Assembly (NCBI GenBank): GCA_003246895.1
Contig: QKCL01000053.1
Coordinates: forward strand, 44,984 to 108,983
Direction of reading: 5' to 3'
Source of the DNA: Spirochaetota bacterium
GTDB taxonomy: Bacteria; Spirochaetota; UBA4802; UBA5550
Length of the DNA stretch: 64,000 nt
Numbering within the stretch: the first letter of the stretch is position 1; each line of letters starts with the position of its first letter. Of this stretch, positions 35,940 to 45,733 are shown piece by piece. The translations under genes were made by a program, and so were the position numbers. Below the pieces are notes generated by a model. That model saw only the letters and a list, made by a program, of their open reading frames with translations, had not been told where the DNA came from and made no database searches.

Positions 35940-37802
35940 TTAACTCTTTATCTTTGTTGAAATAATATTGAGAAGATCCTCTATATTGAAAGGCTTGGAC
36001 ACAAAAAAATCAACAATATTCTCATACAGAGACATATCTCCGAGCTCCCAGGCCGACATGAGCAGTGTTATAACCTTTTCATCAAGCTCCCTGGCCCTTG
36101 CAATCAGTTCAATTCCGGTAATACCCGAAATATCATAATCACTAATCAGCACATCGTATGAATTTCTCTCCAGTTCTTCCAGGGCTGTCCTGCCGTTATC
36201 TGCCACAAATACTCTGTTATTCATGCGCTTAAAAAGATTTGAAAGAATTGTTCTCAGCCCCTCTTCATCCTCAACAATCATAACCTTTTTCCCGGTTACT
36301 CTTGTTGTATTGCCGGGTTCCGCTGCTCCGGATTTTCTAAAAATCATCCAGTCAGGGAAGAGGATCTCTATTGAATAATTTCCTGAAGATTCATGCTCAA
36401 TGATCTTGAGATTCAGCTTTTCTGCAGATTCCCTTATTTCAGATGTGGAAAAACCGTCTATTGTATAGGGAACAATATTCTCGGATGTATCAGTTTTTCT
36501 TTTTTCACAGGAAAAAGTAAGGGCATATGAAGCACCCTCAATGAGATTTACGCTTATTTTGCCGTTCTTCTCCGTATATGAAGAGACCCTGAGCATTGAC
36601 CAGATAATAAGTTCCCTGAGAAGTTTTGTATCTGTTTTTATTCTTAATTGCTCAAACTGCTCAAAACCGCATTCTATTTCAATATTACTTCTCTTTTTTG
36701 TATCAACCACCCTGAAGTGAATTTTTACAAACTCCAGTGCGTCTTTTACTATGGTATCAAAAACTTCAATTCTTTCCTCGTGCCCATGGCTGTAATCACC
36801 CAGAAACAGCTGAATCCTCTTTATATGCTCAACAGTCTGATGCACATATTTTTCTATCTGTTCAAGGCCTTTTATTACAGGGTCCTTAATCGCAATAATC
36901 TGCAGAAACTGCGTCTGGTTCAGAACAACATTGAGTGTATTATTAATGGAATGGGTAAATCCCTTTCCTATGTCATTGATGAGATTCATTCTTCTGAAAT
37001 TTTCAAGTTTCCCCTTCAAGGCCTTTACTTTGGTAATATCCTCAAGAATCATCTCAACATATAATATCTTTCCGTTAAATCTTATGGGGTACAGCGTAAT
37101 ATTCACCATCCCGCTTACCTGATCCTTTAATGAAACCCTTATCTCCCCCATCCTTTTATGGGTCTGTGCACCTGAAAAAATTTCAGTAATATAAATCCTT
37201 ATTTTCTCTGCATCATACTTAAAAATACCCGAAATATCATCCCACTTAAGCTGTTTTTCATCATTTCTGAAGGAACCAAAAACTCCATGAAAAGTTTCAC
37301 TGACCTTCAAAATACGAAGATCTGACCCAAAACGTATCATAGGCAGAGGGGAATACTCAAAATGCTGTGTTTCAAATGCTGAACCGGCATCGGCATCAAG
37401 GGATTCCAGACTGTCACTGCTGTTCAGAATGAGCAGAACAGCTTCAATCTTTCCAGACCGTTCAAGCGGAAGCATGTTCATCTCAATCTTTGCCGCATCT
37501 TCAGACACAAGAGATGAAAGCTGAACATTAATTCTCGTGGAAGCGCCATTAAGCGATTTCAGGAAGGCATTTGCAATAATACCCTTGTACTTTTGTTCAA
37601 AAAGCTTTTTCCAGTCAAAATCCTCTGCATTGCTGTTTTCACTGAAATCTTTGTAAAGGTCAAGGAGATGTGTATTTGTATATTCAACCTTTCCGGCCGT
37701 GGATAAGATACAGGCAGGGAAAGGCATGCTGTTCAGCATTTCGATATAGTCATTCACCGGAAAAGTCACATTTCCGGTGAATGATTTTTTTTCAGATGAC
37801 AT
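35940..37802 (-). CDS. Hybrid sensor histidine kinase with PAS domains and C-terminal receiver
   Basis: PAS-like N-terminal regions. H-box-like FTHSINNTLNVVLNQTQF. C-terminal receiver (KKVMIVEDEE...VLISDYDISGITG...K). Confidence 0.65.
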   Translation of the reverse strand: MSSEKKSFTGNVTFPVNDYIEMLNSMPFPACILSTAGKVEYTNTHLLDLYKDFSENSNAEDFDWKKLFEQKYKGIIANAFLKSLNGASTRINVQLSSLVSEDAAKIEMNMLPLERSGKIEAVLLILNSSDSLESLDADAGSAFETQHFEYSPLPMIRFGSDLRILKVSETFHGVFGSFRNDEKQLKWDDISGIFKYDAEKIRIYITEIFSGAQTHKRMGEIRVSLKDQVSGMVNITLYPIRFNGKILYVEMILEDITKVKALKGKLENFRRMNLINDIGKGFTHSINNTLNVVLNQTQFLQIIAIKDPVIKGLEQIEKYVHQTVEHIKRIQLFLGDYSHGHEERIEVFDTIVKDALEFVKIHFRVVDTKKRSNIEIECGFEQFEQLRIKTDTKLLRELIIWSMLRVSSYTEKNGKISVNLIEGASYALTFSCEKRKTDTSENIVPYTIDGFSTSEIRESAEKLNLKIIEHESSGNYSIEILFPDWMIFRKSGAAEPGNTTRVTGKKVMIVEDEEGLRTILSNLFKRMNNRVFVADNGRTALEELERNSYDVLISDYDISGITGIELIARARELDEKVITLLMSAWELGDMSLYENIVDFFVSKPFNIEDLLNIISTKIKS

Positions 37803-37816
37803 CCGGTTTTCCTGTT

Positions 37817-39235
37817 TTAATATAATGTTCTCAGGTTAACCAATGTCTTTTTTCCTTTTTTAATTTCAACTTCTTTTTCTATAGTGGTAATTACACCCCC
37901 TCGGCCAAGAAGAGAGAACTTCACTTTCTGTTTCCCTTCAGGGAGAAACATTCTGGCCAGCTGAAGATTAGCCGGAAGAGTGTGCCAGCATCTGAGATCA
38001 GGTTTAATGCTGGAAAAGAGTACCGTACCCGTGGCGGCACCGACAGCGGCACCTATAAGCCCCGCAAAACCTCCGAGTTTTTTAATTCTCTTTGCCGCCT
38101 CTTTTGCAGCGATACCTGCAGCTATTGCTGTAGCGGCCTTTATTACTATTGAAGCTGCCACTCTTTTATAAAGCCTCGAATAATCATCTTCAAGGTTTTT
38201 CACCGCAGTATTTTCAATGTCCTCAAGTACTGTTGTATATTCATTTGAAACTCCCGGTGCCGAAACAACAACCCTATCAACTCTGTTTGACCTTTTAACG
38301 AATTTCGGAATTGGATTTTCAGCATTTTTCAGAGTTATCATAATGGCCGCTGCAGTTACACCAACCTTGAGGCTGCTTGTACGCAGGGTAAGCCTTATCG
38401 CCGGTCCCATGTCGCTGTTCTGCAGCAGAGAACCTCTTGACTTCTTTATTGCACTTCTCCCCGACTGAAAAACTGCAATAAGTTCACCGTCATCAGCCCT
38501 GGTTTTATCAGAACGCCTGAACTGCTGCTTCCATTCCGCATAGTCATCATCAAGACCGAGTTTCTTTGAAAGACGCAACAGATCGTCCTTGACAAAATCT
38601 ATTGAAGAGTCCAGTGCATATATCTGCTTGTACTCGATATAGGCGTATTCCATGTCCTTTTCATCATTATTCTCTGTCCCAACCATCTCAAATGCAACGG
38701 CAGTAAGATACTTTGCCATGAGATTCTGCTTATACCTTGCAGAACCGTCCTCACTCTTGATCTTAGACAGCTCATTATTTACAGACTTGAATTCAACCCT
38801 GGCCTCTTCATAATCCTTGAGCATCAAAAAATTCAGCCCCAGATACATATGGACCAGCACCCTTTCAAAATCTTCACCCTTATAATTTGTGCTGGCATCA
38901 TTTGTGAGGAATGCAGAAATCTGCTTGGTAACACTTGTGGGTATAAGATTGGCAAGTTTGGCAGCCGGCAGCAGAACCTTGTTGCTTGTTTTATAATCTC
39001 CTGCAGCATGCAGCATCATACCACACTCCATCATAAACAACAGCTGGTCTTTTCCGGAGTTATTGACATCCGGAAGAAGTTTTCTTGCTGCATCCTGGAA
39101 TTTTCCCTCATAAAACAGCTTTTCAGGAACTTTCATGGCCTCATCATAGTTCTTTGATGATCCGCAGGCAAACAGAAAAAAAGACATAACCACTACAAGT
39201 GAAGATATGAGTTTTCTTTTCATATTCTTTACCAT
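37817..39235 (-). CDS. Lipoprotein with TPR-like N-terminal region and glycine-zipper C-terminal region
   Basis: Lipobox FLFACGSS. The C-terminal AAIAAGIAAKEAAKRIKKLGGFAGLIGAAVGAATG is a Gly-zipper. Confidence 0.4.
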   Translation of the reverse strand: MVKNMKRKLISSLVVVMSFFLFACGSSKNYDEAMKVPEKLFYEGKFQDAARKLLPDVNNSGKDQLLFMMECGMMLHAAGDYKTSNKVLLPAAKLANLIPTSVTKQISAFLTNDASTNYKGEDFERVLVHMYLGLNFLMLKDYEEARVEFKSVNNELSKIKSEDGSARYKQNLMAKYLTAVAFEMVGTENNDEKDMEYAYIEYKQIYALDSSIDFVKDDLLRLSKKLGLDDDYAEWKQQFRRSDKTRADDGELIAVFQSGRSAIKKSRGSLLQNSDMGPAIRLTLRTSSLKVGVTAAAIMITLKNAENPIPKFVKRSNRVDRVVVSAPGVSNEYTTVLEDIENTAVKNLEDDYSRLYKRVAASIVIKAATAIAAGIAAKEAAKRIKKLGGFAGLIGAAVGAATGTVLFSSIKPDLRCWHTLPANLQLARMFLPEGKQKVKFSLLGRGGVITTIEKEVEIKKGKKTLVNLRTLY

Positions 39236-39248
39236 AATAATTTATTTG

Positions 39249-39815
39249 TTAGAAATCGATTCTGTTAGTTTTTGATGATTTCAGGAATTCCTGCTGTTCC
39301 TGCCATTCGAGAACTCTGGTAGTAAGATTATAAAGCTTCAGGGTAACCTGAAGGTACTGAACTTTTCTGTTGTTTACATACCGTACATTGTCACGTATAT
39401 CTCCTGTAAGATACATATTCGGAGATTTAAGCTGACCAACAGGTATTGCGTTATTTGGATCAATCAGCCCTGTCATACCCTTTTCCATCTCTTTTAGAGC
39501 ATCCTGATCAAGTGCATCATCAATAAATTTAATTCTTTTTTTTATGAGTTTAGTCTGAATTTCGCTTGTTATCATATCTGTATCGATATGTTCAGAAGTT
39601 CTGTTTCTGAATTTCTTAACCTGTATAAATGCTGCTTTTTTCCAGTCATCCTTAAGGAAACTATACAGCGAAGTTACCATTTTATCAACTGTGAGTTTAA
39701 TCTCTTTTGGCCCCCATTCTCTAGAACCCGCGGCTTTATTAACATCCTGATACTGAACTCCTCCTCCGCAGCCAACGAGCAGAAGAAAAATGAATATTGA
39801 AAGATACCTTTTCAT
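39249..39815 (-). CDS. Lipoprotein, possibly LpoB-like (COG3417) fold
   Basis: Lipobox LLLVGCGGG. NRT...IDTDMITSEIQTKLIKK...YLTGDI...LKLYNLTTRVLEWQE loosely follows the hydrophobic pattern of E. coli LpoB. Confidence 0.3.
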   Translation of the reverse strand: MKRYLSIFIFLLLVGCGGGVQYQDVNKAAGSREWGPKEIKLTVDKMVTSLYSFLKDDWKKAAFIQVKKFRNRTSEHIDTDMITSEIQTKLIKKRIKFIDDALDQDALKEMEKGMTGLIDPNNAIPVGQLKSPNMYLTGDIRDNVRYVNNRKVQYLQVTLKLYNLTTRVLEWQEQQEFLKSSKTNRIDF

Positions 39816-39914
39816 GGCCCCCCCTTTGTTTATGTTTAAAAATTATCCTTATTTTAATTAAACTAAAAGTTATCAGGATGTCAATAAATATAAAAACTCC
39901 AAAAAAAAATATAT

Positions 39915-40604
39915 TCAGAGAACAGGGGGCGTTAAATTCTTCATTTTTGTAAAAACCTTCCCCTCTCCCAGCAGTTCCGACATTGATTCAATAACAATCC
40001 CCATATAGACTTTCATATTTTCAGCAAACAGCAGCGGGTGAAAATCTCTCCCCGAGATCCTTACATCTTCACAGACACCGTTCTCAAAACGGGAAGCCTC
40101 AAAGGTAAAATCCTCCAATAAAATTTTTCGAAGATAATCCAGAGGAACAGCATATATACCGGTCACCTCTCCGTCACTGAATCTATATTCATTCAGTTCA
40201 ATATCACTTTCCATTATATATACATGCTGAAATTCCCTGTGCCAGTACTGTGAATTTTTCTCCTCAAATCTTATATAGCCAAGATCGGTAAGTTCATTAT
40301 CTTGGGGGGAGATTCCCAGCTCCTCCTGTGCTTCTTTCTGAATTTTACCATTTTTAAGCCCAAAAGGAACATGACCTCCCACAGTTATATCTAAAACGCC
40401 TGGGAAAAGGGTTTTATGGAGAGCCCTTTTCTGAAAAAGTATCTCCTTGATGCCCTTTCTCATTCTTCCCAGCCAGAGATGCACGCCCTCATGAGGCACC
40501 CCCTCGAGGTATGATTTCTCCCTGCTTACCGGCACCCCGCAAGGAACCCCTTCTATCCAGTCCCATGCTTCAAGCATTTCACCCCTGTAAACTGAAAAAT
40601 CCAT
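39915..40604 (-). CDS. Hypothetical protein, weak Nudix-like signature
   Basis: GGHVPFGLKNGKIQKEAQEELGI partly fits the Nudix box (R-E-x-x-E-E-x-G), but the upstream Glu is missing. Confidence 0.3.
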   Translation of the reverse strand: MDFSVYRGEMLEAWDWIEGVPCGVPVSREKSYLEGVPHEGVHLWLGRMRKGIKEILFQKRALHKTLFPGVLDITVGGHVPFGLKNGKIQKEAQEELGISPQDNELTDLGYIRFEEKNSQYWHREFQHVYIMESDIELNEYRFSDGEVTGIYAVPLDYLRKILLEDFTFEASRFENGVCEDVRISGRDFHPLLFAENMKVYMGIVIESMSELLGEGKVFTKMKNLTPPVL

Positions 40605-40717
40605 CCGCCACCTCCTGCAGAGACTGCTATATTACCCTAATCCTGAAAATAATATACTAAATAATAACCGGCTTCTGTTCCGACAATGAAAATAATAAAG
40701 TATACCAGGATTTATTT

Positions 40718-41851
40718 ATGGAAGGAAAAACCGGAAAGAACAGATATATTTTCCCCCTGAGCGTATTTTTTCTGATCCTCATTATGGAAGCCCTGCTGAT
40801 TTCATTCGGTATCGGGTTCTACTTTTACATAACAGGAAAAAAGAATATAAATGACATCGAAAAGTACACCATGGGATATTCCAGAACGCTTGCCGAATCA
40901 TTTGCAAAAGTTTCTGAGTTCTGTTACAAAAAACACGATTTCACTGCCCTGAGGGACTTATTCCACAAAAAGATAGAAGCCGATATGATTGATGAAGCTT
41001 TCTTTGTTCTTGGCAACGGAAAGCTGGTGGTTCATTCAAACACAAAAACCAAAAAAAATCTGAAGGGCAATATTGCAAATGATGAAATATCCTATAATAT
41101 AGATATGATTCTTGCACCTCTTAAAAAAAATGACAGCAGACTCTCATTCTCAAACTATAACATCATCGGCAGGGAAATACCATTCAACAGAAAGCAGAAA
41201 GAACTGATTGGCAAATATATATATAAAAACATTAATTCCAACGGCTGGCTTTTTACAAAGGCCATTTTTCAGAACCGGAAACCCGCCGGTACAGTCAACT
41301 TTATAACCAGCAAAAAAAGAATACACGATTCACTCAGCTTCTATATTAAAAAAGCAAAGAACAACATAGCAATGGGACTGTTTGTTTCATTTTTCTTTTC
41401 TCTGGTCATTTCTGTTTATGTAATGATACGCTACATGAAAAATGACAATGCTGTCACAGCAGTAACCATACCAGAAATCAAAACTGAACCGGAAGACATT
41501 GTAATTGATTTTGGAGAAACCGGTGAAGACGAAATAATCTCACCGGTTCATGATCCTCGTCACAATGGAATTGACCTTGAAGTTGATGAACCATTTGATG
41601 AGACCGTTATTCACGAAAATGAAGAACCGGAAAATCAAATACCCGAATTTGACCTATCACTTGATGATGCAGATGTATATCCAGACAGTGAATACATTAC
41701 AGTTGAGTACCTGGGAGAAATTGATGATGAAGACTTAGAGACAGAGACTCATACGGAGAAAAGAGGAGTTCTGGCACAGGTCATCCCCATTGACAGAATA
41801 AATACGGACCTCATACGTGATGCAATACCCCTTGAAAGGAAGGCAAAATAA
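40718..41851 (+). CDS. Two-TM membrane protein with ~190-aa inter-TM domain and acidic C-terminal tail
   Basis: TM1 at residues ~12-40, TM2 at ~225-245, then a D/E-rich tail. The stop overlaps the ATG of the STAS gene. Confidence 0.4.
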   Translation: MEGKTGKNRYIFPLSVFFLILIMEALLISFGIGFYFYITGKKNINDIEKYTMGYSRTLAESFAKVSEFCYKKHDFTALRDLFHKKIEADMIDEAFFVLGNGKLVVHSNTKTKKNLKGNIANDEISYNIDMILAPLKKNDSRLSFSNYNIIGREIPFNRKQKELIGKYIYKNINSNGWLFTKAIFQNRKPAGTVNFITSKKRIHDSLSFYIKKAKNNIAMGLFVSFFFSLVISVYVMIRYMKNDNAVTAVTIPEIKTEPEDIVIDFGETGEDEIISPVHDPRHNGIDLEVDEPFDETVIHENEEPENQIPEFDLSLDDADVYPDSEYITVEYLGEIDDEDLETETHTEKRGVLAQVIPIDRINTDLIRDAIPLERKAK

Positions 41852-42543
41852 TGTTTTTCATCAACCATACAGAACTTGGTAATGAATTTACTGCCCTGCT
41901 TGAAATTGAAGGGCCGCTAAACAGTGAAAACAGCAGTGACCTGGATTCATATGTAAAAAAAATGGTCAATAACAGAATAAAATTCATTCTCATAGACTGC
42001 AGAAATATTACATTCTTAAGTTCCGAAGGAATCGGCATAACCCTTCTCATACAAAAAATGATCTCTTCGAAAAACGGCTATGTTGTTTTCTATAATTTTT
42101 CTGAAGAGATAATCAATCTTTTAAAACTGCTGGGATTTGACAAGGTCTTTACAATTGCCGGCTCAAAGGACGAAGCAGTCGCAATTATTGACAGACAGAT
42201 AGAGATGCGCGGCAAGGACAGCACTGACGCACTTTCCTCATTTGATGAAAAAACCGAGTCCACATCTCAGGTTAAATTTACTGCTGCGTCTTCCGCAGAA
42301 ATAGATTCCAATGATTCGGAAACCGCTTCTCCGGAAGAAACGACCATGAATATAATAGAAGAACCTGTACCGGTTTTTAATCCGTTTTTCATTAAATGCA
42401 TCAAGTGCGGTACCCCCATAAAAATAAGTGAGCCCGGAGAGTATATCTGTCCGGAATGCAGATCTGAATTTGAAGTACCGGAGGAAGGAAAAGCTATCTT
42501 CAGGGATCAGGCATCCACCGACAGGTCAGAATATCATACATAA
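41851..42543 (+). CDS. STAS-domain (anti-sigma-factor antagonist-like) protein with C-terminal CxxC...CxxC zinc ribbon
   Basis: STAS-like pattern (LEIEGPLNSENSSDL...ILIDCRNITFLSSEGIGI). C-terminal CIKCGTP...CPECRSEF. Confidence 0.5.
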   Translation: MFFINHTELGNEFTALLEIEGPLNSENSSDLDSYVKKMVNNRIKFILIDCRNITFLSSEGIGITLLIQKMISSKNGYVVFYNFSEEIINLLKLLGFDKVFTIAGSKDEAVAIIDRQIEMRGKDSTDALSSFDEKTESTSQVKFTAASSAEIDSNDSETASPEETTMNIIEEPVPVFNPFFIKCIKCGTPIKISEPGEYICPECRSEFEVPEEGKAIFRDQASTDRSEYHT

Positions 42544-42612
42544 TTCTTTTCTTGACTAATGTCTGCCATAAAAGTAATGTAATACAATTCTTTAAAACTC
42601 CGGAGATATTGT

Positions 42613-43017
42613 ATGCCAGTAGCAGAGGGAAAGACCTTTAATTTTGAAAATGAAGATTCCATCAGAACCGATTTTCTTGAAAGCTTTGACTATGACGGCA
42701 AACCTCAGCGAATAAAGTACGAAACCGATGAGTTCAGTGCCGTATGCCCTTTTTCAGGGCTTCCGGATATTGCGAGGGTAACGATTGAGTACATTCCATG
42801 CTCCAGAATAATTGAACTTAAATCGCTGAAATACTACTTTATATCCTACAGAAATGTCGGCATATACCAGGAAGCGGCAACAAGCAGAATCTACTCGGAT
42901 ATTGAAAAATGTCTTGAGCCGGAATTTCTTTCCATAACCACTGTCTACAATATCCGCGGCGGAATACTCGCAACATGTGTAATTGACTCAAATATTGCAA
43001 AGGGCATATACAAATGA
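42613..43017 (+). CDS. queF: NADPH-dependent 7-cyano-7-deazaguanine (preQ0) reductase QueF, unimodular type
   Basis: [23 protein letters not shown] and [20 protein letters not shown] (the QueF E-x-K-S-x-K motif and catalytic Cys), then RGGI near the C-terminus. Collinear with B. subtilis QueF. Confidence 0.85.
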   Translation: MPVAEGKTFNFENEDSIRTDFLESFDYDGKPQRIKYETDEFSAVCPFSGLPDIARVTIEYIPCSRIIELKSLKYYFISYRNVGIYQEAATSRIYSDIEKCLEPEFLSITTVYNIRGGILATCVIDSNIAKGIYK

Positions 43018-43556
43018 TGAGGCAGATACTGCTTTCTCCTTTCATCTTTATATCTTCCCTGACGCAAAGACTGCTTGCCGCCGCAGGGGCGGTTATATTT
43101 GCCCAGTTCCCGTCTTTTCTCGTACAGTACATTCAGCGGCTTGGCGGGCATGTTGATGAACTTTCCAGAATTATTAAGGAATACACTGCGGCTGCACAGA
43201 AAAACAACAGGACACTTGAAGAATATATTAACCTGCACACTTCATCTTCAGTTACAGATTTTGCAGAAACAGGAAAAATAATGTCCAAAAATGTTGAAAG
43301 ATTGAATGATCTTTCAACCTCCCTTGACAGCCTACGCAGCAGCGACATACTGTCAAAGCCGTTCCATTTTTTAAAGGATCTGGATATGGACATGGCAAGA
43401 TCCACTGCCCATGACTATGTTTTATCCATAAATATCACCATGGAATCTCTGCTCTACGCAATTATTGGAATAACTGCGGTTATGATTATTTTGTCATTTA
43501 TCAAATTTATTCTTAAATTATTCTATAGAAAAATATTCAGTAAAAAATTGTCATAA
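43014..43556 (+). CDS. Membrane protein (DUF2937-like), translationally coupled to queF
   Basis: ATGA overlap with queF. N- and C-terminal TM helices. [22 protein letters not shown] motif. Confidence 0.4.
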   Translation: MMRQILLSPFIFISSLTQRLLAAAGAVIFAQFPSFLVQYIQRLGGHVDELSRIIKEYTAAAQKNNRTLEEYINLHTSSSVTDFAETGKIMSKNVERLNDLSTSLDSLRSSDILSKPFHFLKDLDMDMARSTAHDYVLSINITMESLLYAIIGITAVMIILSFIKFILKLFYRKIFSKKLS

Positions 43557-43577
43557 AAAGGAGTATCATTTTTAACA

Positions 43578-44189
43578 ATGGGAAGAACAGGACTCTTCAT
43601 GATTCTCGTTGCCGTAATAATTACAGGCTGCAACGGTAAAAATATATCAAACAACAATCCCGGGCACAGCAATACTGTAATCAATTTGCAGATAGTGCAG
43701 AATGACAGGGAGATTGAGATAACAGATAATACTGCAGAACTGAAGCGAAACTCCTTTTCGCTCATCTTTAAATTTAACGTGCAGGATTCCTTACTTGTGA
43801 ACGCATCATATACTCCGGATACGTTCAACAAATCAAAAAGTGGTGTCCCCATTTCCCAGCTATCGGCTTTTCAGGGTACCGCTGCTGCCGAGGAACTTTT
43901 CAACAGGAACCAGTCACTCTTCATATCCGATAAAACCCCCGGTCTCTGGTACTTTACCAGTGAAAGTGACCACAGGTTCAACAGGGCAACGCAGACAGGC
44001 AGCTACTATATCTGCCAAAGAGACATAAAAAAAATAATAAATCTGGATCAGGAAAATACCGAGACAGATATCATAGATGTCACTGAGGACAACATATATC
44101 TGGTTTTCATCAAATCACGCTGGAATGAGGATTTTACAAAGAGAATAGAACTGTCCCGGCGTGTATTAAGGATTAAATTTTCAATCTGA
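43578..44189 (+). CDS. Hypothetical lipoprotein
   Basis: Signal plus lipobox (VAVIITGCNG). 22 nt after the previous gene. Confidence 0.4.
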   Translation: MGRTGLFMILVAVIITGCNGKNISNNNPGHSNTVINLQIVQNDREIEITDNTAELKRNSFSLIFKFNVQDSLLVNASYTPDTFNKSKSGVPISQLSAFQGTAAAEELFNRNQSLFISDKTPGLWYFTSESDHRFNRATQTGSYYICQRDIKKIINLDQENTETDIIDVTEDNIYLVFIKSRWNEDFTKRIELSRRVLRIKFSI

Positions 44190-44201
44190 CAAGGATACTT
44201 A

Positions 44202-45446
44202 ATGAACAGCCCGAACAACATTTCATTCGATAAAGCCAGAGAGCAGTTTGAAAAGATTTTCTGCCAGGATTCATCTATCTCAGGTGACAAATTTTCATTT
44301 GATTTCCAGAAGGGTCAGAGCAGGGTTAAATTTTCCATCCCCCCGCTAACCGATTCAATACTTTTCGAATCCATCACGGTTATAAAAAGCCATATTGATA
44401 ATATACGCATAGTGACTTTTGAAGACGGGCACTACTCAATACAGGCCCTGAACAAGAACATATTCAACGCAGAGAACATTACAAAAAACTTTAAAATTGA
44501 CTTCTTCAGTCTTATAAATTCATATCTTGAAATAACAAAAGAGGGTAATTTCACTCAGGAGGAGATCAATGTAATCCTTAAAATTGCTTCCCTCTTCAAT
44601 AGCGACCTTTCGTTTAATCCCACAGAAAAGCTTAAAGGTCTTGGAGCCTCAGTGATAGACGGCAGGGGCTGCAACTGGGATCAGATCGCAGGATACAAAG
44701 AAGTAAAGAAAAAGATAAAAGAAACCATACTCATGCCACTGAGCAATCCCGAAATTTACGATTCAATTACAAGAATAACAAGGGTGAAACCCGAATCAAA
44801 CAGGCCCAGTGCAATCCTCTTTGAAGGGCCTCCCGGAGTAGGGAAAACAACTGCTGCAAGAATAATTGCAGGAGAAGCGAATATCCCTCTTGTCTACATA
44901 CCGGTGGAATCAATCATGTCAAAGTGGTATGGGCAGTCATCTCAGAATCTATCTGAAATATTCGACCTCTGTGATATTATGGGAGGAGCCATACTCTTTC
45001 TGGACGAAATAGATTCACTGGCCGGCTCCAGGGAACAGAACATGTTTGAGGCTACACGAAGAGTACTTTCAGTACTTCTGAGAAAGCTTGATGGAATAGA
45101 TTCATCGGGAAAGACTATTACAATCGGAGCAACAAACAGGCTGACAGACCTTGACAGCGCCCTCATCAGTCGATTTGACCAGATAATTAAATTCCCGTTC
45201 CCTGAAAAGGATGAAAGGGCATCCATATTCAAAACCTATGCGAAACACCTTGATGAAGAAACCTGCCTCGTACTGGCAGAAAGGAGTGAAGGCATGTCAG
45301 GCAGAAACATAAAGGATGTATGTGAAATGGCCGAAAGACGCTGGGCAAGAAAACTGATAATCAGAAACTCGGAAGTCACTCCGCCTGAACCTGATTACTA
45401 CAGACACTCAATTCAGATATGGAAAAACTCATCCGTTACTCTATAA
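44202..45446 (+). CDS. AAA+ family ATPase with ~200-aa N-terminal domain of unknown function
   Basis: Walker A GPPGVGKTT, Walker B ILFLDEID, a sensor-1 region, and an arginine finger region (SALISRFD). Confidence 0.7.
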   Translation: MNSPNNISFDKAREQFEKIFCQDSSISGDKFSFDFQKGQSRVKFSIPPLTDSILFESITVIKSHIDNIRIVTFEDGHYSIQALNKNIFNAENITKNFKIDFFSLINSYLEITKEGNFTQEEINVILKIASLFNSDLSFNPTEKLKGLGASVIDGRGCNWDQIAGYKEVKKKIKETILMPLSNPEIYDSITRITRVKPESNRPSAILFEGPPGVGKTTAARIIAGEANIPLVYIPVESIMSKWYGQSSQNLSEIFDLCDIMGGAILFLDEIDSLAGSREQNMFEATRRVLSVLLRKLDGIDSSGKTITIGATNRLTDLDSALISRFDQIIKFPFPEKDERASIFKTYAKHLDEETCLVLAERSEGMSGRNIKDVCEMAERRWARKLIIRNSEVTPPEPDYYRHSIQIWKNSSVTL

Positions 45447-45620
45447 ACTCAGCCTGATTAAGAACTAGAGCCTCTTGAGAAGAAACTCAATTTCCTGGCT
45501 GTCTTCCTCACTTTTAACAGACAGTGACTCCCTGATTCTCTGAACATACTCTTTCTGAGAAGCATATATTTCTTCCTGTTTAACATCGCCGCTTAATACC
45601 ATTTGAATACTGTGACCTCA

Positions 45621-45669
45621 AAAAAAATATATATAGTTATAAAGAAACGGCAGAATGGTCTGCCGTTTA
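45621..45669 (-). terminator. Candidate intrinsic terminator downstream of the alpha-glucan phosphorylase gene
   Basis: AAACGGCAGA-atgg-TCTGCCGTTT is a perfect 10-bp stem at 45646-45669. On the minus strand it is followed by a T-rich tract. Confidence 0.4.
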
Positions 45670-45733
45670 TCGGTATGAATAAACAAAGATTATTATATTT
45701 TATATATGTGTCAAACAGTAATTTTAAAAAAAA

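Noticed and set aside
39915-40604. Possible Nudix hydrolase call for the 229-aa protein
   Set aside because: Only the REx2EExG half of the Nudix box is present (as KEAQEELGI). The upstream Gly-x5-Glu is not in register. It is kept as hypothetical.
42544-42612. Looked for a preQ1 riboswitch in the queF leader
   Set aside because: There is no short hairpin followed by the A-rich tail that is characteristic of preQ1-I. The leader is only 70 nt and unstructured by eye.
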